A stretch of 64,000 nt of DNA from an uncultured Phycisphaerales bacterium (GCA_963755915.1 CAVWLP010000002.1:1664001-1728000); one strand, 5' to 3'. Counted from the first letter of the stretch, positions 18,771 to 30,400 are shown. Notes: generated by a model not told the origin, from the sequence alone. Made by a program: numbers and translations.

Positions 18771-20012
18771 ATGTTTCCAAATCCTTCTGGAAGTTACCCC
18801 CTTTTGCGTTATATTCTTGTCGCTTTGCGAAGTGATGGAATTCCCGCAATAACGCTGAATCGGCCAAGGGTCGGGCTGCTGATCGACGGGTTCAGCGCCT
18901 ATGGGCGGACGATCCTGCGGGGGATCTCCCGATACGCCAATTTGCAGCGCCGGTGGCTGCTTTTTAAGGAATTGCAGCGGTTCATGAACGACCGCAGCGC
19001 CTGGCCGCAATTTGACGGCATTATCGTCGCCGGCGCCCCGCCGGATGTCTTTCTATTTGCCCGGGAACATTGTAGTAACGTGGTAATGTGTTCGGGGGGC
19101 GGGGATCCAAAAGTGACTCCAGTCGTCGCGTTGGATGAAGACGCCGGGGCGGAAATGGCCGCAAAACACCTCATTGAGTGCCGCCTGGAGCGGTTTGCTT
19201 TCTATGGCAACAAGAGCCACGTGGTTTATCCGGTGCGCTTCGGCGGGTTTCAGAAGGCCCTGGAGGCCGCCGGATATACCTGCCTCGAATGCCCCGTCAG
19301 TGCCCCCGGCCCCGACGACTGGATGATGCACGCCGGCCGCCCGGCCCTTATGCGCTGGCTCCTGGAGATCCCCAAACCCATCGGCATTATGGCCCTGGAT
19401 GATTCTTGCTCCCACGATTTGGCCGAAGCTTGCCTCGAGGCCGACATCGCCGTGCCCGAGCAGGTGGCGATCATCGGGTTGAACAATGACGAACTCATGT
19501 GCGAATGCGCATGGCCGCCGCTTTCAAGCGTTGACCCGGATTATTCGCGGATCGGATATGCCGCCGCCAAGATTCTCGATCGCCTTCTGGCCGGCGAGAA
19601 GCTGGGAGAAGACGAACGGATGACCCGTTTCCCCCCCATCGGCGTGGTGGCGCGGCAGAGCACGAATGTGCTGGCGATCAGCAATCCAAACCTGGCGCTG
19701 GCGATGCGTTTCATCCGCGAACACGCCTGTCAGCGCTGCACGGTCAGGGATATTTTGCAGGTGGTTCCGGTGGGTCGGCGGTGGCTGGAGCAGCAGTTTA
19801 CCCGGCACCTGGGGCGTTCGCCGCATGATGAAATTACCCGCATGCGGATTGAGACGGCCGAGCGGCTGCTCATGGAGCCCGATCTGACGGTTGACGAGGT
19901 GGCCGGCCGGTGCGGTTACGCGGAGATCAAAAGCTTCTACACCGCCTTTCGCAAAGTCACCAAAACGACGCCCGCCGCCTATCGCCGGGCCAGGATTACA
20001 CAGGCGAAATAA
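18771..20012 (+). CDS. XylR-type regulator (periplasmic-binding-protein-like sensor plus C-terminal AraC HTH); start uncertain
   Basis: YGRTILRGISRY, PKPIGIMALDD, VPEQVAIIG.NNDE..C..PPLSSV, VVARQST, RRWLEQQF..GRSPH, CGY..SFYTAFRK..TPAAYR. Confidence 0.9.
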   Translation: MFPNPSGSYPLLRYILVALRSDGIPAITLNRPRVGLLIDGFSAYGRTILRGISRYANLQRRWLLFKELQRFMNDRSAWPQFDGIIVAGAPPDVFLFAREHCSNVVMCSGGGDPKVTPVVALDEDAGAEMAAKHLIECRLERFAFYGNKSHVVYPVRFGGFQKALEAAGYTCLECPVSAPGPDDWMMHAGRPALMRWLLEIPKPIGIMALDDSCSHDLAEACLEADIAVPEQVAIIGLNNDELMCECAWPPLSSVDPDYSRIGYAAAKILDRLLAGEKLGEDERMTRFPPIGVVARQSTNVLAISNPNLALAMRFIREHACQRCTVRDILQVVPVGRRWLEQQFTRHLGRSPHDEITRMRIETAERLLMEPDLTVDEVAGRCGYAEIKSFYTAFRKVTKTTPAAYRRARITQAK

Positions 20013-20380
20013 ACGCCGGCCTGGGGATGGAGCGATTCATCCGGCCCACCGGATCTGGGGCGTTATCGGACCTCAAACACCTGATTTTTGGTGACGATGG
20101 GTCTGGTAACTCAAGGAATTGCCGCCAAAGGGGATGCCGGAAAAATAGGGTATAAAGTAATACAGGCGGGTACGCGCAGGCCGTGCGCATTTGCACCAAG
20201 AAAGCGGCGCTATATGACGTGGAAATTGCCGGGCTGGACACGCATACTCTGAGACTGGCGAGACGGCGTGTTGGAGGCTGAGACGCTCAATGGGCGGGCC
20301 AAATCACACCGCTGGAAACGAGCCCCAGCTCTTTCAACCCGCCAGACATTTCGCAGCGGAGAAACAAATTGGAGGAGAGT

Positions 20381-23300
20381 ATGGCGATGTCACCTGCCCG
20401 GACGGAAAAGATGCGACGAGGTTCCCGGAAAAATCGCGGTCGGCTTGCAGTGGCGGGCACGCTGGCGGTGGCAGCACTGACCTCGGCCGGCATCAGAAAC
20501 GCCTCTGCCCAGGAAGCCCCGGCCGATGTTCCCAACGGAACCACCGACCTCACGACCGTCGGCAATTCGACCAGCGATGCGACGTTTACCAACATCACCT
20601 ACTCCCCCACCGCCTTCACGATCGACACCCCCATCACCTGGGACACGCTGAACGATCTCGACTCCACGCAGTCGCTGTCGATCACCAACCAGAACGCATC
20701 GGCGACCAGCACGCTGACCCTCAGCGGCGGCAGCAACACGGTTGCACCGAATCCCGCCGATCTGATTTACGTCGCCGCCGGCGGGAGCCTGGCCATCGAC
20801 GGAGCGCCGGTCGCCGGCCAGAGCACCATGCAGTTGGTCCTCAACCTCGCGAATACCAGCACCGACAATTTCGACGTGGCCGGGTCGCTGACCATCAGTT
20901 CCCAGATCGTCGGCTCCGGCTCCATTGAGATTAAAAGCGGCGGGACCGTGACATTTGCTCCCTCCCCCGCGGCGGATAACAACGCTTCCTACACCGGGAC
21001 CGTGACCATCGAAAACGGAACCGTCGATCTCACCGGCGCCACCAATGCCGCCAACGCCGACCTCGGCGCCACCGGGGGCACAGTGTTCTTTGGCGTGGAT
21101 TCGAACAATGTCAATCTGAATGTCACGGCCACCAGCAGTGGAATATCCCCGAACTTTGTGGTCGGCGGCACCGGCGTCGACACCATCACCAGCAGCGCCG
21201 CGCCCTCGGGCGTGAATGCGGCGATTTTTCAGTCGACCAACACGTTTACGCTTTCCAACAACCTGGTGGTGTCGAATCTTTATCCGGAGGCTTCGGCTGG
21301 CGCGGACGTGCTGGGATTCCGCGGTGCGATCGGCGCTACCAATTCGAGTTACGGCATCACGGTGGCCGCTAATAACGCCGGAGATGTCGATCTGCGCGGC
21401 GCCAATACGTTTGGCGGGGGCGTGACCATCGACGGCGGTATCCTTTCCTTCAACGCCAGCTCCTCCCCCTCATCGGCCGGATCGTCGGTGACCTCCGGCC
21501 CATTCGGCACCGGCACGGTGACGCTCGGCGGAATCGCCGCCGACTCGGCGACGCTGGCCGGCGGGGGCGCGTTCAGCGTCGCCAATCCCATTGTGGTCGC
21601 GGCCGAAACCGGGTCCGGCACCCGCACCATCGAGGAAATCGGAACCGGCACCGCCAGCTCGATCAACGGCCCCGTGACCCTCGACGCGCCGCTGATCCTC
21701 ACCGCGCTTAACAACATCAACAGCGGCGCCGGCAACGGCGGCGACCGCCTGCGCATCGGCGCCGGCGGAATCACCGGCAGCTTCAACATTATCATCAACA
21801 ACCCCTACACCTCCACCGTACTTGCCTCGCGCGATGTGATCCTCCTCACCGGAAGCGGAACCGCTACCGGCTGGACGGGAAATCTGATCATCGAGGCCGG
21901 CGACGGTGCGCTTGGGCTGTCCACCGGAAATACGGCCACCGGCGCCGGCAACATCGTGGAGATCGGGTCGGGGGCATCCTTCGATTTCTCCAGCAACGTT
22001 TCCGGGATTGCCGGATTTTCACCGACGGTCGCGGGGCTGGAGGATTACTCGACCATCAGCTCGCCCAGCACCGTCTATGAATCGGTGACCAACAACGAAA
22101 CGCTGACCCTCGCCGGCAGCGGCGCCTACTCCTTCTCGGGCTCGATCCAGAATTCCAGCAATACCAGCGGCAACGTCGCCCTGACGGTGGCGCTGACCGC
22201 CGGCGGAACGCAGACCCTCACCGGCTCAAGCACCTATACAGGTCCAACGACCCTCACCTCTGGCACGCTGGTTGTCGGCGGCTCGGGCTCCGCCACCGGG
22301 ACCAGCACCGTCACCCTCAACGGCGGCACGTTTGCCAGCCTTGCCGGCGCAAATGTGACCCTGACCAGCACCCTCCTTGCCGGTTCGGGCGCTCACACCA
22401 TCGTCCCCGGTGGAGTCGATGGCGTCGGAACCCTTGGCGTCGCGGGCATCTCCACCAGCAGCCTCACCACCCTCGAATTCCAGCTCGGAACCGGCTCGGG
22501 AACCATCACCAACGGCAGCCAGTTGATCCTCACGGGATCGCCCGGCAGTGCGACCATCGGGTTCGGCACAAACCTCGCCTTCACCGGCACAACCGCCGCC
22601 GGCAACGATTACGAATTGATCGGCGACACCAGCAGCGGCAGCGTGGTCTCCGGAATCACCCTGGCCGATTTCTCCCTCCCCGCGGTGCCGGCTGGGCAGA
22701 CCTATTCGCTGGGCCTCGTCGGCGGTTTCATCGACCTGGTCGTCGGTTCGACCGGACCAGCTTCGCTTTACTGGGATAATGGCGCTAATACCGGGCTTTG
22801 GAATACGACCGACAGCAATTGGAACAGCGGATCCGGCAATACAAAGTATTCCGATGGCTCGAACGTGACATTCAATGACTCGAACGGTGGAAATTATGCC
22901 GTTACTCTGAACACCACCGTCAGCCCCGGATCCGTGACCGTCAATAGTTCGGGGAATTATTCGATCACAGGCGGCGGAACGATCGTCGACACTGGCGCGT
23001 TCACCAAGACCGGCACGAGCACACTCACCCTGGGCGTCGGCCTGACGGCCAGCAGCCTGGCGATCAGCGGTGGGAATGTTGTGCTCGCGAGCAGCACCAC
23101 CGCCGGCACCGGCTCCGCCGGTCATCCCGCCAGCAACATCAACGTCACCTCGCTGACGATCGCCACCAACAGCGTCCTGGATATCACCAACAATCACATC
23201 ATCATTGACTACACCTCCAGCGACCCGATCTCCACGATCTACGGCTATCTCAAGACCGGCTTCAACAACGGCGCCTGGAACGGAACCTCCGGCATCATCT

Positions 23301-23797
23301 CCAGCACTGCGCAAAGCGCCACCAACGGCTTGCACTATGGCGTCGGCTGGGCCGATGGGGCGGATGGCACGAAGAATGTCTCGGGACTCAGCAGCGGGCA
23401 GATCCTGCTCAAGTACACCCTGCTGGGGGATGCGAATCTCGACGGCACCGTCAATGGCTCCGACTTCTCGATCCTGGCCGCCAACTTCGGCCTCGGCGTC
23501 ACCAACTGGGACCAGGGGAACTTCCTCTTTGGAAGTTCCGTAAATGGTTCAGACTTCAGCGCCTTGGCCGCCAACTTCGGTCAGGGCGACAGCGGGGCTG
23601 CGACGGTAACCCCGGCGGATATCGCCGCACTGGATGCTTTCGCGGCAGCGAATGGCCTGCCGCAGCCGACGATCGATGCGGTGCCCGAGCCGGCGGCAAT
23701 TGGGCTGGCAGTGTGCGCGGGGATGGGGGTTTTGGGTCGGCGACGGCGAAAGGCCCTTGCGCTTCTCCCCGCCCCCGGTACCCCGGGGGAGGGATAG
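20381..23797 (+). CDS. Large secreted PEP-CTERM protein with beta-strand repeats and dockerin-like module
   Basis: Signal peptide (ASAQ); G/S/T/N-rich repeats (GANTFGGGVTIDGG; TYTGPTTLTSGTL); GDANLDGTVNGSDF; VPEPAAIGLAVCAGMGVLGRRRRK. Confidence 0.9.
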   Translation: MAMSPARTEKMRRGSRKNRGRLAVAGTLAVAALTSAGIRNASAQEAPADVPNGTTDLTTVGNSTSDATFTNITYSPTAFTIDTPITWDTLNDLDSTQSLSITNQNASATSTLTLSGGSNTVAPNPADLIYVAAGGSLAIDGAPVAGQSTMQLVLNLANTSTDNFDVAGSLTISSQIVGSGSIEIKSGGTVTFAPSPAADNNASYTGTVTIENGTVDLTGATNAANADLGATGGTVFFGVDSNNVNLNVTATSSGISPNFVVGGTGVDTITSSAAPSGVNAAIFQSTNTFTLSNNLVVSNLYPEASAGADVLGFRGAIGATNSSYGITVAANNAGDVDLRGANTFGGGVTIDGGILSFNASSSPSSAGSSVTSGPFGTGTVTLGGIAADSATLAGGGAFSVANPIVVAAETGSGTRTIEEIGTGTASSINGPVTLDAPLILTALNNINSGAGNGGDRLRIGAGGITGSFNIIINNPYTSTVLASRDVILLTGSGTATGWTGNLIIEAGDGALGLSTGNTATGAGNIVEIGSGASFDFSSNVSGIAGFSPTVAGLEDYSTISSPSTVYESVTNNETLTLAGSGAYSFSGSIQNSSNTSGNVALTVALTAGGTQTLTGSSTYTGPTTLTSGTLVVGGSGSATGTSTVTLNGGTFASLAGANVTLTSTLLAGSGAHTIVPGGVDGVGTLGVAGISTSSLTTLEFQLGTGSGTITNGSQLILTGSPGSATIGFGTNLAFTGTTAAGNDYELIGDTSSGSVVSGITLADFSLPAVPAGQTYSLGLVGGFIDLVVGSTGPASLYWDNGANTGLWNTTDSNWNSGSGNTKYSDGSNVTFNDSNGGNYAVTLNTTVSPGSVTVNSSGNYSITGGGTIVDTGAFTKTGTSTLTLGVGLTASSLAISGGNVVLASSTTAGTGSAGHPASNINVTSLTIATNSVLDITNNHIIIDYTSSDPISTIYGYLKTGFNNGAWNGTSGIISSTAQSATNGLHYGVGWADGADGTKNVSGLSSGQILLKYTLLGDANLDGTVNGSDFSILAANFGLGVTNWDQGNFLFGSSVNGSDFSALAANFGQGDSGAATVTPADIAALDAFAAANGLPQPTIDAVPEPAAIGLAVCAGMGVLGRRRRKALALLPAPGTPGEG

Positions 23798-23805
23798 GGA
23801 GGGGG
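23765..23805 (-). repeat. Family A palindromic element (reverse orientation) forming the 3' end of the PEP-CTERM gene
   Basis: Reverse complement ccccctccctatccctcccccggggtaccgggggcggggag; adds LPAPGTPGEG* after the basic tail. Confidence 0.7.
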
Positions 23806-23849
23806 CCGATCTCTCCAGTGGACGGGAAAATGCGCTGCGAGGATGCAAT

Positions 23850-24941
23850 ATGAATTGCAAACCACTTAATTACTCTAAAGTCTCTTTTCCGCCCTCACCC
23901 CTGCCCTCTCCCAGAGTACTGGGAGAGGGGGAAAAGGCGTTTACCCTGGTCGAGTTGCTGGTGGTGATTGGGATTATCGCTCTACTGATCTCAATACTCC
24001 TCCCCGCCCTCAACAAAGCGCGCGAGCAGGCGAAGCTGACGCAATGTGCTTCGAATATGCGTCAGCTTGCGGCGGCCGTTTTCATTTACGAGGCGGAGAA
24101 CAATGGGTCTTTCCCACCAGCGTGGTCCGCGTGCCCGGCGACGTCGCCGACCGCGACAAACCTGAGCCAGGTAGTACCGCCGTGCCTCTACACTTTGCTC
24201 CTGGGGCTGCCGCAAAGCGCTCCACAGTTCAATAATGTGCGGGTGTGTCCGGCCGTGCTGGATGTCTTCGGCGGGATTCCCTCAGGCTTTGTGAATAACA
24301 ACCCAGCGGCCGGTCAGGCGGTTTACTCTTACAAATACAATTTCATTCTTGCCGGGTGTGACACGACCAGTCTTAGCAGCACGTCCGGGCCAGCGTCGAA
24401 TGTTGGACATCCGGTTTACAATCCCGCTAACACCACGTTTTACCCCAGGCCATTGCGCCGGGTTCCCAGTTCCACGGACACCGCAATGTTCATCGATTAC
24501 CCGCAACTTCAGGTCTGCGCACTTTCGACGGAGACAACGGGCTCTGGGCCCGACAACCGCGGGTTCAAAGAGGGTACCGGGGTGTTCCGTATCTTCCCGG
24601 GCACGCCGGCTCCCGGATTCCTGGAGAAGATCCCCGGGGATCCGGACTATCACCAGACCATCGGCGACATCAACCCAGTGCATTTCGTCAGGAACGCGAC
24701 CAACGTTCTGAGCCCGCAGATAGGTTCATTCCCGGCGCTCACCGGTGTTATTAATGTTGCCTATTGCGATGGGTCGGTTCGACCCGCGACGGTTACCCAG
24801 GGACAAACACCCGTCAGCAATTCAAACAATATAAAAAATGCGTTCGTTGAAGACCCGAGCAGCGGCGGAAATGGATTCGTTCTTCAGGGAGTCGATGGAA
24901 TTATTCCTGCGACGAGGTTTGATCCTACGCAACCTCCTTGA
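23850..24941 (+). CDS. Prepilin-type N-terminal cleavage/methylation protein (DUF1559 / H-X9-DG-like)
   Basis: AFTLVELLVVIGIIALLISILLPALNKAREQA...CASNMRQL; C-terminal INVAYCDGSV. Confidence 0.92.
   Translation: MNCKPLNYSKVSFPPSPLPSPRVLGEGEKAFTLVELLVVIGIIALLISILLPALNKAREQAKLTQCASNMRQLAAAVFIYEAENNGSFPPAWSACPATSPTATNLSQVVPPCLYTLLLGLPQSAPQFNNVRVCPAVLDVFGGIPSGFVNNNPAAGQAVYSYKYNFILAGCDTTSLSSTSGPASNVGHPVYNPANTTFYPRPLRRVPSSTDTAMFIDYPQLQVCALSTETTGSGPDNRGFKEGTGVFRIFPGTPAPGFLEKIPGDPDYHQTIGDINPVHFVRNATNVLSPQIGSFPALTGVINVAYCDGSVRPATVTQGQTPVSNSNNIKNAFVEDPSSGGNGFVLQGVDGIIPATRFDPTQPP
23892..23931 (+). repeat. Family A palindromic element, in-frame in the prepilin leader
   Basis: ccctcacccctg-ccctctcccag-agta-ctgggagaggg; compensatory stem change relative to the 4412 copy; encodes PSPLPSPRVLGEG. 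Confidence 0.85.
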
Positions 24942-24987
24942 CGATTGAGGCCTTGGTCACGACAAACATCAATCAAGGCAGGTACTC

Positions 24988-25476
24988 ATGGGTCTTCGTG
25001 AAACCTTGGAAAAGCGCAGGGGCGTGGCGTCGGCCTTTGGATTCGCGGCGATCGCACTGGCCGTCTTCCTCATCGTCATCGAAAGCCGCTCGAGCCGTCT
25101 GACCAAAATAGACCGGGCTTTTTATAGCGATGATGATGGACAAACGTATTTCGTTGATTCCGTGGACAAGCTTTTTCCGTTTGACCATAACGGAAGACAG
25201 GCATATCGGGCCTATGTATTTAGATGCAGCGATGGGACCGAATTCGTGGGATACCTCGCTCGGTACACTGATAGCACTAAAGCAAGACTCGCCGAGCTGA
25301 TGGCACAACCTTACAATCAGGTGGCGCAGCAAATCGCGGATGCGGAATCTGCCGGAACCGAGATAAAGAAACCCGGTGATTCGCGGTGGTATCCCCAGGC
25401 TTCACCTCAAGCGGCCGCCATGCTCATGCCGACATGCCCCAACGGCGGTACATTGGTGGGCGGCGTCATGCCCTAA
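24988..25476 (+). CDS. Membrane-anchored hypothetical protein
   Basis: One N-terminal TM helix, then AFYSDDDGQTYF..PFDHNGRQAYRAYVFRC..FVGYLARYT. Confidence 0.8.
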   Translation: MGLRETLEKRRGVASAFGFAAIALAVFLIVIESRSSRLTKIDRAFYSDDDGQTYFVDSVDKLFPFDHNGRQAYRAYVFRCSDGTEFVGYLARYTDSTKARLAELMAQPYNQVAQQIADAESAGTEIKKPGDSRWYPQASPQAAAMLMPTCPNGGTLVGGVMP

Positions 25477-25478
25477 AT

Positions 25479-25548
25479 CCCCCAGACTACCCATTTTGTT
25501 GCGGAGTGTTACCTTTTGTACCGCGTGCCCCAAGCCAAAAAATTCATC
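25479..25548 (+). repeat. ~70-bp dispersed intergenic repeat (copy 1 of 2)
   Basis: Colinear with 63599-63668; first 19 bp identical (cccccagactacccatttt). Confidence 0.75.
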
Positions 25549-25602
25549 ACCCCACGGAGGATAATAATCTCCCGCAGCGAATGAGCTGAGGCGAAGTCGA
25601 AG

Positions 25603-27408
25603 ATGGTCACTCGCTACGACAAATTCATCATCGCCTTCTACGTCGTCTTCATGTTGGCCATCGGCCTGCTCCTGCGCCGGCTGAGCCGAAATACTTCGGA
25701 TTATTTCCGCTGCGGCGGGGCGATGCCGTGGTGGATCACCGGCACCTCGGCGTGGCTCGCCACCTTCAGCGCCTGGACCTTTACCGGCGCCGCCGGCGCG
25801 ATCTATAGCTCCGGCTCCCTGGTCCTCTGCCTGTACTACAGCAACGCCCTGGGCGCGGTGGTGCTGATCCTCTACACCGGCCTGCGCTTCCGCCGGATGC
25901 GGACCGTGACCTGGATGGAAGCCGTCCGCGGCAGGTATGGCCCGTTTACCGAGCAGTTCTATACCTGGCTGAAGATTCCAATCCTCCTCTTCATCGCCGG
26001 CGTGGCGCTGAACTCCATCGGCGTCTTCATGGCGGCGGTGTTTCACACCAACGTCACCGTCGTCATGGTGATCCTCGGAACGCTGGTAACCATCGTCTCC
26101 TTCGCCGGCGGCGCCTGGGCGGTTCTGGCGAGCGATTTCGTGCAGTTGTGCCTGATCATGACGATCAGCGTGGTGACGGCTTTCCTCGCGGTGCATCAAC
26201 CCGCGATCGGCGGGCTGGCCCAACTCTGGCAGCGGATTCCGGCGAGCTATTTCCACTGGTCGGATCATGCCCATTTGGCGGTCGTCTTTCCGTGGATTGC
26301 GGTGATGCTCTGGTTCGGCTTCTCCGCCGCGAACAACATGGAAAACTCAACGATGTTCCTGATGGCCCGCAGCGACCGCGATGCGCGGGGGATGGCGATC
26401 ATTCCGCTGCTCGGCTGCCTGATCGGGCCGCTGATTTTCTTCATCCCGCCCACGGTGGCGATCCTCACCCACCCGCATCTTGGCTCAGAATTTCCGCAGC
26501 TCAAGAACCCGCAGGAGGCGGCGTTCGTGGCCGTCGCCGGCGACGTGATGCCGCAGGGATTGATGGGGCTGCTGCTGTGCGCGATGCTTGGGGCAACGCT
26601 GACGAATATGGACGCGGCGGTGAATAAGGGGGTGGGCATCTTCGTGCGCAGTTTCTGGAAGCCGATGATCTCGCCGCAGGCATCTGAAAAATATCTTCTG
26701 CTGCTGGGCAAGGCGTGTACGCTGATCTTCGGGGCGATCATCGTGGCGCTGGGCGTGATCATCGGAATGTATCGCAAGGTGGAGCTGTTCGACCTGACCA
26801 ACCAGGTAGCGGCGAGCTTGCTGGGTCCGATGCTGGTGCCGCTGGTGTGGGGGATGTTCGTGAAGAAGACACCGAGGTGGACGGCATGGAGCACGGCGGT
26901 GCTGGGGTTTGCGATTGCGCTGGGAATTCAGTTTGGATTTCGGCCCCAGTATTTCCAGCATTGGATGGGGTGGAAGGGGCCGCTGAACAGTTTGGAGACG
27001 GCGGACATCAACCTCGCGGCATCCGGGCTGGGGATCGTGGTGATCTGCAGCGCGTGGTACTTCGCGTCGATGCTGTTTTACGATGAGAGGAAAGACCCGG
27101 AAAACGCGCGGCGGAACGAGGAATTTTTCCGCAGCCTGCGGACGCCGATCGACGCGAAACGGGATGGGGTGGCGGATTACGGGCAGCTCGTTTACCGCCT
27201 GATCGGAGGGCTGTGCCTGTTTTATGGCGGGTTCATTCTGCTGCTGATGATGATACCGAATACGGGGACGGGGCGATTGTGTTTCCTATTCTGCGGCGGG
27301 GTGATCTTTGCACTTGGGGCGTCGCTGTTCTTGAAGGCGGTGGTTTCTTCGCACCGCGGCAAGGCGCTGGAGATTGAAGCGGTGGCGGTAGTAGCTTCGG
27401 AGAAGTGA
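25603..27408 (+). CDS. Sodium:solute symporter family transporter
   Basis: SDYFRCGGAMPWW..GTSAW..FSAWTFTGAAG, GGAWAVLASDFVQ; many TM helices. Confidence 0.93.
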   Translation: MVTRYDKFIIAFYVVFMLAIGLLLRRLSRNTSDYFRCGGAMPWWITGTSAWLATFSAWTFTGAAGAIYSSGSLVLCLYYSNALGAVVLILYTGLRFRRMRTVTWMEAVRGRYGPFTEQFYTWLKIPILLFIAGVALNSIGVFMAAVFHTNVTVVMVILGTLVTIVSFAGGAWAVLASDFVQLCLIMTISVVTAFLAVHQPAIGGLAQLWQRIPASYFHWSDHAHLAVVFPWIAVMLWFGFSAANNMENSTMFLMARSDRDARGMAIIPLLGCLIGPLIFFIPPTVAILTHPHLGSEFPQLKNPQEAAFVAVAGDVMPQGLMGLLLCAMLGATLTNMDAAVNKGVGIFVRSFWKPMISPQASEKYLLLLGKACTLIFGAIIVALGVIIGMYRKVELFDLTNQVAASLLGPMLVPLVWGMFVKKTPRWTAWSTAVLGFAIALGIQFGFRPQYFQHWMGWKGPLNSLETADINLAASGLGIVVICSAWYFASMLFYDERKDPENARRNEEFFRSLRTPIDAKRDGVADYGQLVYRLIGGLCLFYGGFILLLMMIPNTGTGRLCFLFCGGVIFALGASLFLKAVVSSHRGKALEIEAVAVVASEK

Positions 27409-27415
27409 GCGATCG

Positions 27416-30400
27416 ATGCGGATGAGATTTTGCTTTGTGGTTTGCGTGGTGATTTTTGGCGTTTGTGCGCGAGGATGGGCTGACGCGGCATGGATGGAGC
27501 TCGGGGGCGATGCGACGCTGGCGATTCCTGGAAGAACGGAGTTTCGATATCCGGATGGGCCACGGGGATTTTTTAATCATGGGTTTCGGCTCGAGAACGA
27601 TGGGACGGTGGATTGGAGCGAATTTTATGGGGTGCAGTTTCAGGCTGGGTTGGCGGACGATCGGGATGTGGAGCTGACGGTAACGCTGATGGCGGCGCGG
27701 CCGGGGGGCGGGGATACGCGGGTGGGCGCGACGGTGGGGGTGAGCGGGAAGGGGTGGCATTTGGTGACGCTGCCGTGGTCGGCGTTTGGATTTGATCAGG
27801 CGGGGAATTCTTTTTTGCGGTTTGGGAAGGGGGTTACGATTGATGTGCAGGGAAAGGGGGCGGGGGCGATTCAGTTGCGCAAGCGCGGATCGTGCGCGGG
27901 GCGGCGGTGGCGCTGCAGTGCGAGGTGCGGGGGAAATCGGCTCCGCGCGGCGGGGAAGTGGAATATGACGTTCGGGTGAGCAATTGCACGGATGAGCCGG
28001 AGGCGGTGTCGCTTTCGTTTGTGCGGTATGGGTGGGAAGTGATGGAGGCGAAAGTTGAGCCGGCGGAGGTGTTGCTGGCAGGGGGTGCGTCAGCGGATGT
28101 GATCGTGCGAGTGAACGTGAGCGATCGGGTGCCGCCGGGTGGGCACGAGGGGCAGGTGCTGCTGGCGATTGCGAATGGGAATGCGGCGGCGGGGGAGCAG
28201 ATTTCGTTTATCACGACCAGCAAGCTGGCGCATCCGTATATCCTTCATACCGCGGCTAGATGGGACGAGGTGCGGCAGAAGGTGAAGAACTATGCGTGGG
28301 CGAAGTCGGCGGCAGAAGTTTATATCGATAGGGCAGATCGGTGGCGGGTGCCGGAAGTCGCGCAGGCGCCGGGGAATGATCCGAACGATAATTACGGGCC
28401 GTTTGTTTTCCGTACGACGGAAGAAACCAACGTGCTCGCGAGCGCGTTTTCCTGGGAACTGACGGGGCAGAAGCGGTATGCGCAGAAAGTGGCGACGTTT
28501 CTGCTGCGATTGTCCGATCCGCGGATTGGGTATCCCCAGACGTTGCGGGCGTGCAACCAGAGCCTGGTGCAGGAAGGGCATTTTTTCCAGCAGATGGCGA
28601 TGGCGTATGACATTGTTCTCGACTCGGGAGTATTGAGCGATTCGGATCGGCAGCAGATTGAGACGACGTTTCGGATGCTGCTGGGGACGATCGAGCGGTC
28701 GAGCGAAGGGGGATCGATCAACAACTGGAATCTGGCCGAGGACTGTGGGGCGTTTTACTGCGCGCTGTCGATGCAGGACCTGGTCTGGGCGGAGCGGTTT
28801 TTCGCGGGGCCGTCGGGAATTGAGGACCAGCTTGCCAAGGGGACGATGGATGACGGGTGGTGGTACGAATGCTCGATCAGTTACAACATGTGGTGCGCGA
28901 GCGAATTCACGCAGGCGGCGATTGCGTATGAGCCGTTTGGGTTTAATTTTCGGACGGCGTGGGTGCCGGCGAGTTATTCTTCGAACGCGCTGCTCAGTGC
29001 GCAGTTGAACGGGGGGAATGGGGTGGAGAGTGCGCAGCCGTGGATGAAGGGGAAACCGTTTGGGATGGATCCGACGTTGTATGGCCCGATCCGGCGGCCG
29101 TATCGGACGATCACGAATTTGTGGAACAGCATGCTGCCGTTTGTGGATTATCGGGGGGTGATGTTTGGGCTGAATGATTCGACGGAATCGCGAGTGGCGG
29201 GGAGTCGCATTGAGGTGAGCGCGGCGCCGTTTGAGATTGCGTATTGGGCTTATCGCGATCCGCGGTATGCGGAGATGATCAAATTGGGGGGCGGGCAGAG
29301 GGATTTGCTGTATGGGGTTGTGGATTTGCCGGCGAAGACGCCGGAGGAATTTCGCGGCAGTGCATATGCGGACAACGTGGGGCTGGCGATGCTGCGTTCG
29401 CAGACACTGGGGCGGCCGATGCGCGAGCAGATTCAGGCGGCGCTGCACTATGGCACGCATGGGTGGGCGCATGGGCATTTTGATCGGACGGATTTAGTTT
29501 CCCTGATGCGGTATGGGAGGAGTTTCTGGAATCCGGAATCGGTTTTTTACGTGTATGAGCCGTTCATGTACAAGTTTTTCACGCAGACGAGCGTTAACCA
29601 CAACATGGTGGTGGTTGACCAGAAGATGCAGCAGGCGACGCCCGGGGAGCGGCTGCTGTTTTATACGGGCTCGCTGATGCAGGCGACGGCGGTGCAGACG
29701 GTGGCGCGGTGGTCGAATCCGCCGTATGGGGGGATGGTTTATGACTATGTGCCGGTAAAGACGTTTGAAGAGAAGACGTGGCGGGAGGGGAGGTATGTGC
29801 CGATTCCGAAGAATCCGCCGGCGTATGGGACGCTGACGGATTTCACGGAGCCGATTTTGCAACGGCGGCTGATGATCGTGACGGACGATTACGTGCTGCT
29901 GGCAGATTATCTGAAAGCCGATCGGGCGCATACGTTCGACAACCTGCTTCAACTGCGCGGGTTTCTGGGGCTGAGCGGAGGGGACCAGAAATTTCTCCGG
30001 CACGATGCGCAGTGGAATCCCGATCCGCTGGGGAGCGGCCAGTTTGTTACGGATTGCAACTGGTATAGCGTGAGTGCGCCGGCACTGGCCCAGTTTTCCG
30101 AGCGGTTTGGGGCGAATCCGGATAAGGAGGAGGGGTCGCGATCAATTGGGAATGAGCCGGGGATGCTGAATCTGAATGTATTTTCACTTTGGCCCCCGAG
30201 ACAGGAGATCATGATCGCGACGGCGCCGGAGCAGCATGATGTGGAGAAGCGTTTGTTTTATACGGTGAGCGGGGATGGAAAGGTTCTGGCGCAGGGGAAA
30301 TTCGGAGCGTGGATTCTGGGCGAGGGGGATGTTGATGTGCCGGTGGAGGGCGTGAAAGAGTTGCGGCTGGAGACGCGGACGGAGCTTTCCAAGCGGCCTA

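Noticed and set aside
20381-23797. PEP-CTERM proteins as type V autotransporters
   Set aside because: They have passenger-type repeats but end in VPEP-TM-basic tails, with no beta-barrel.
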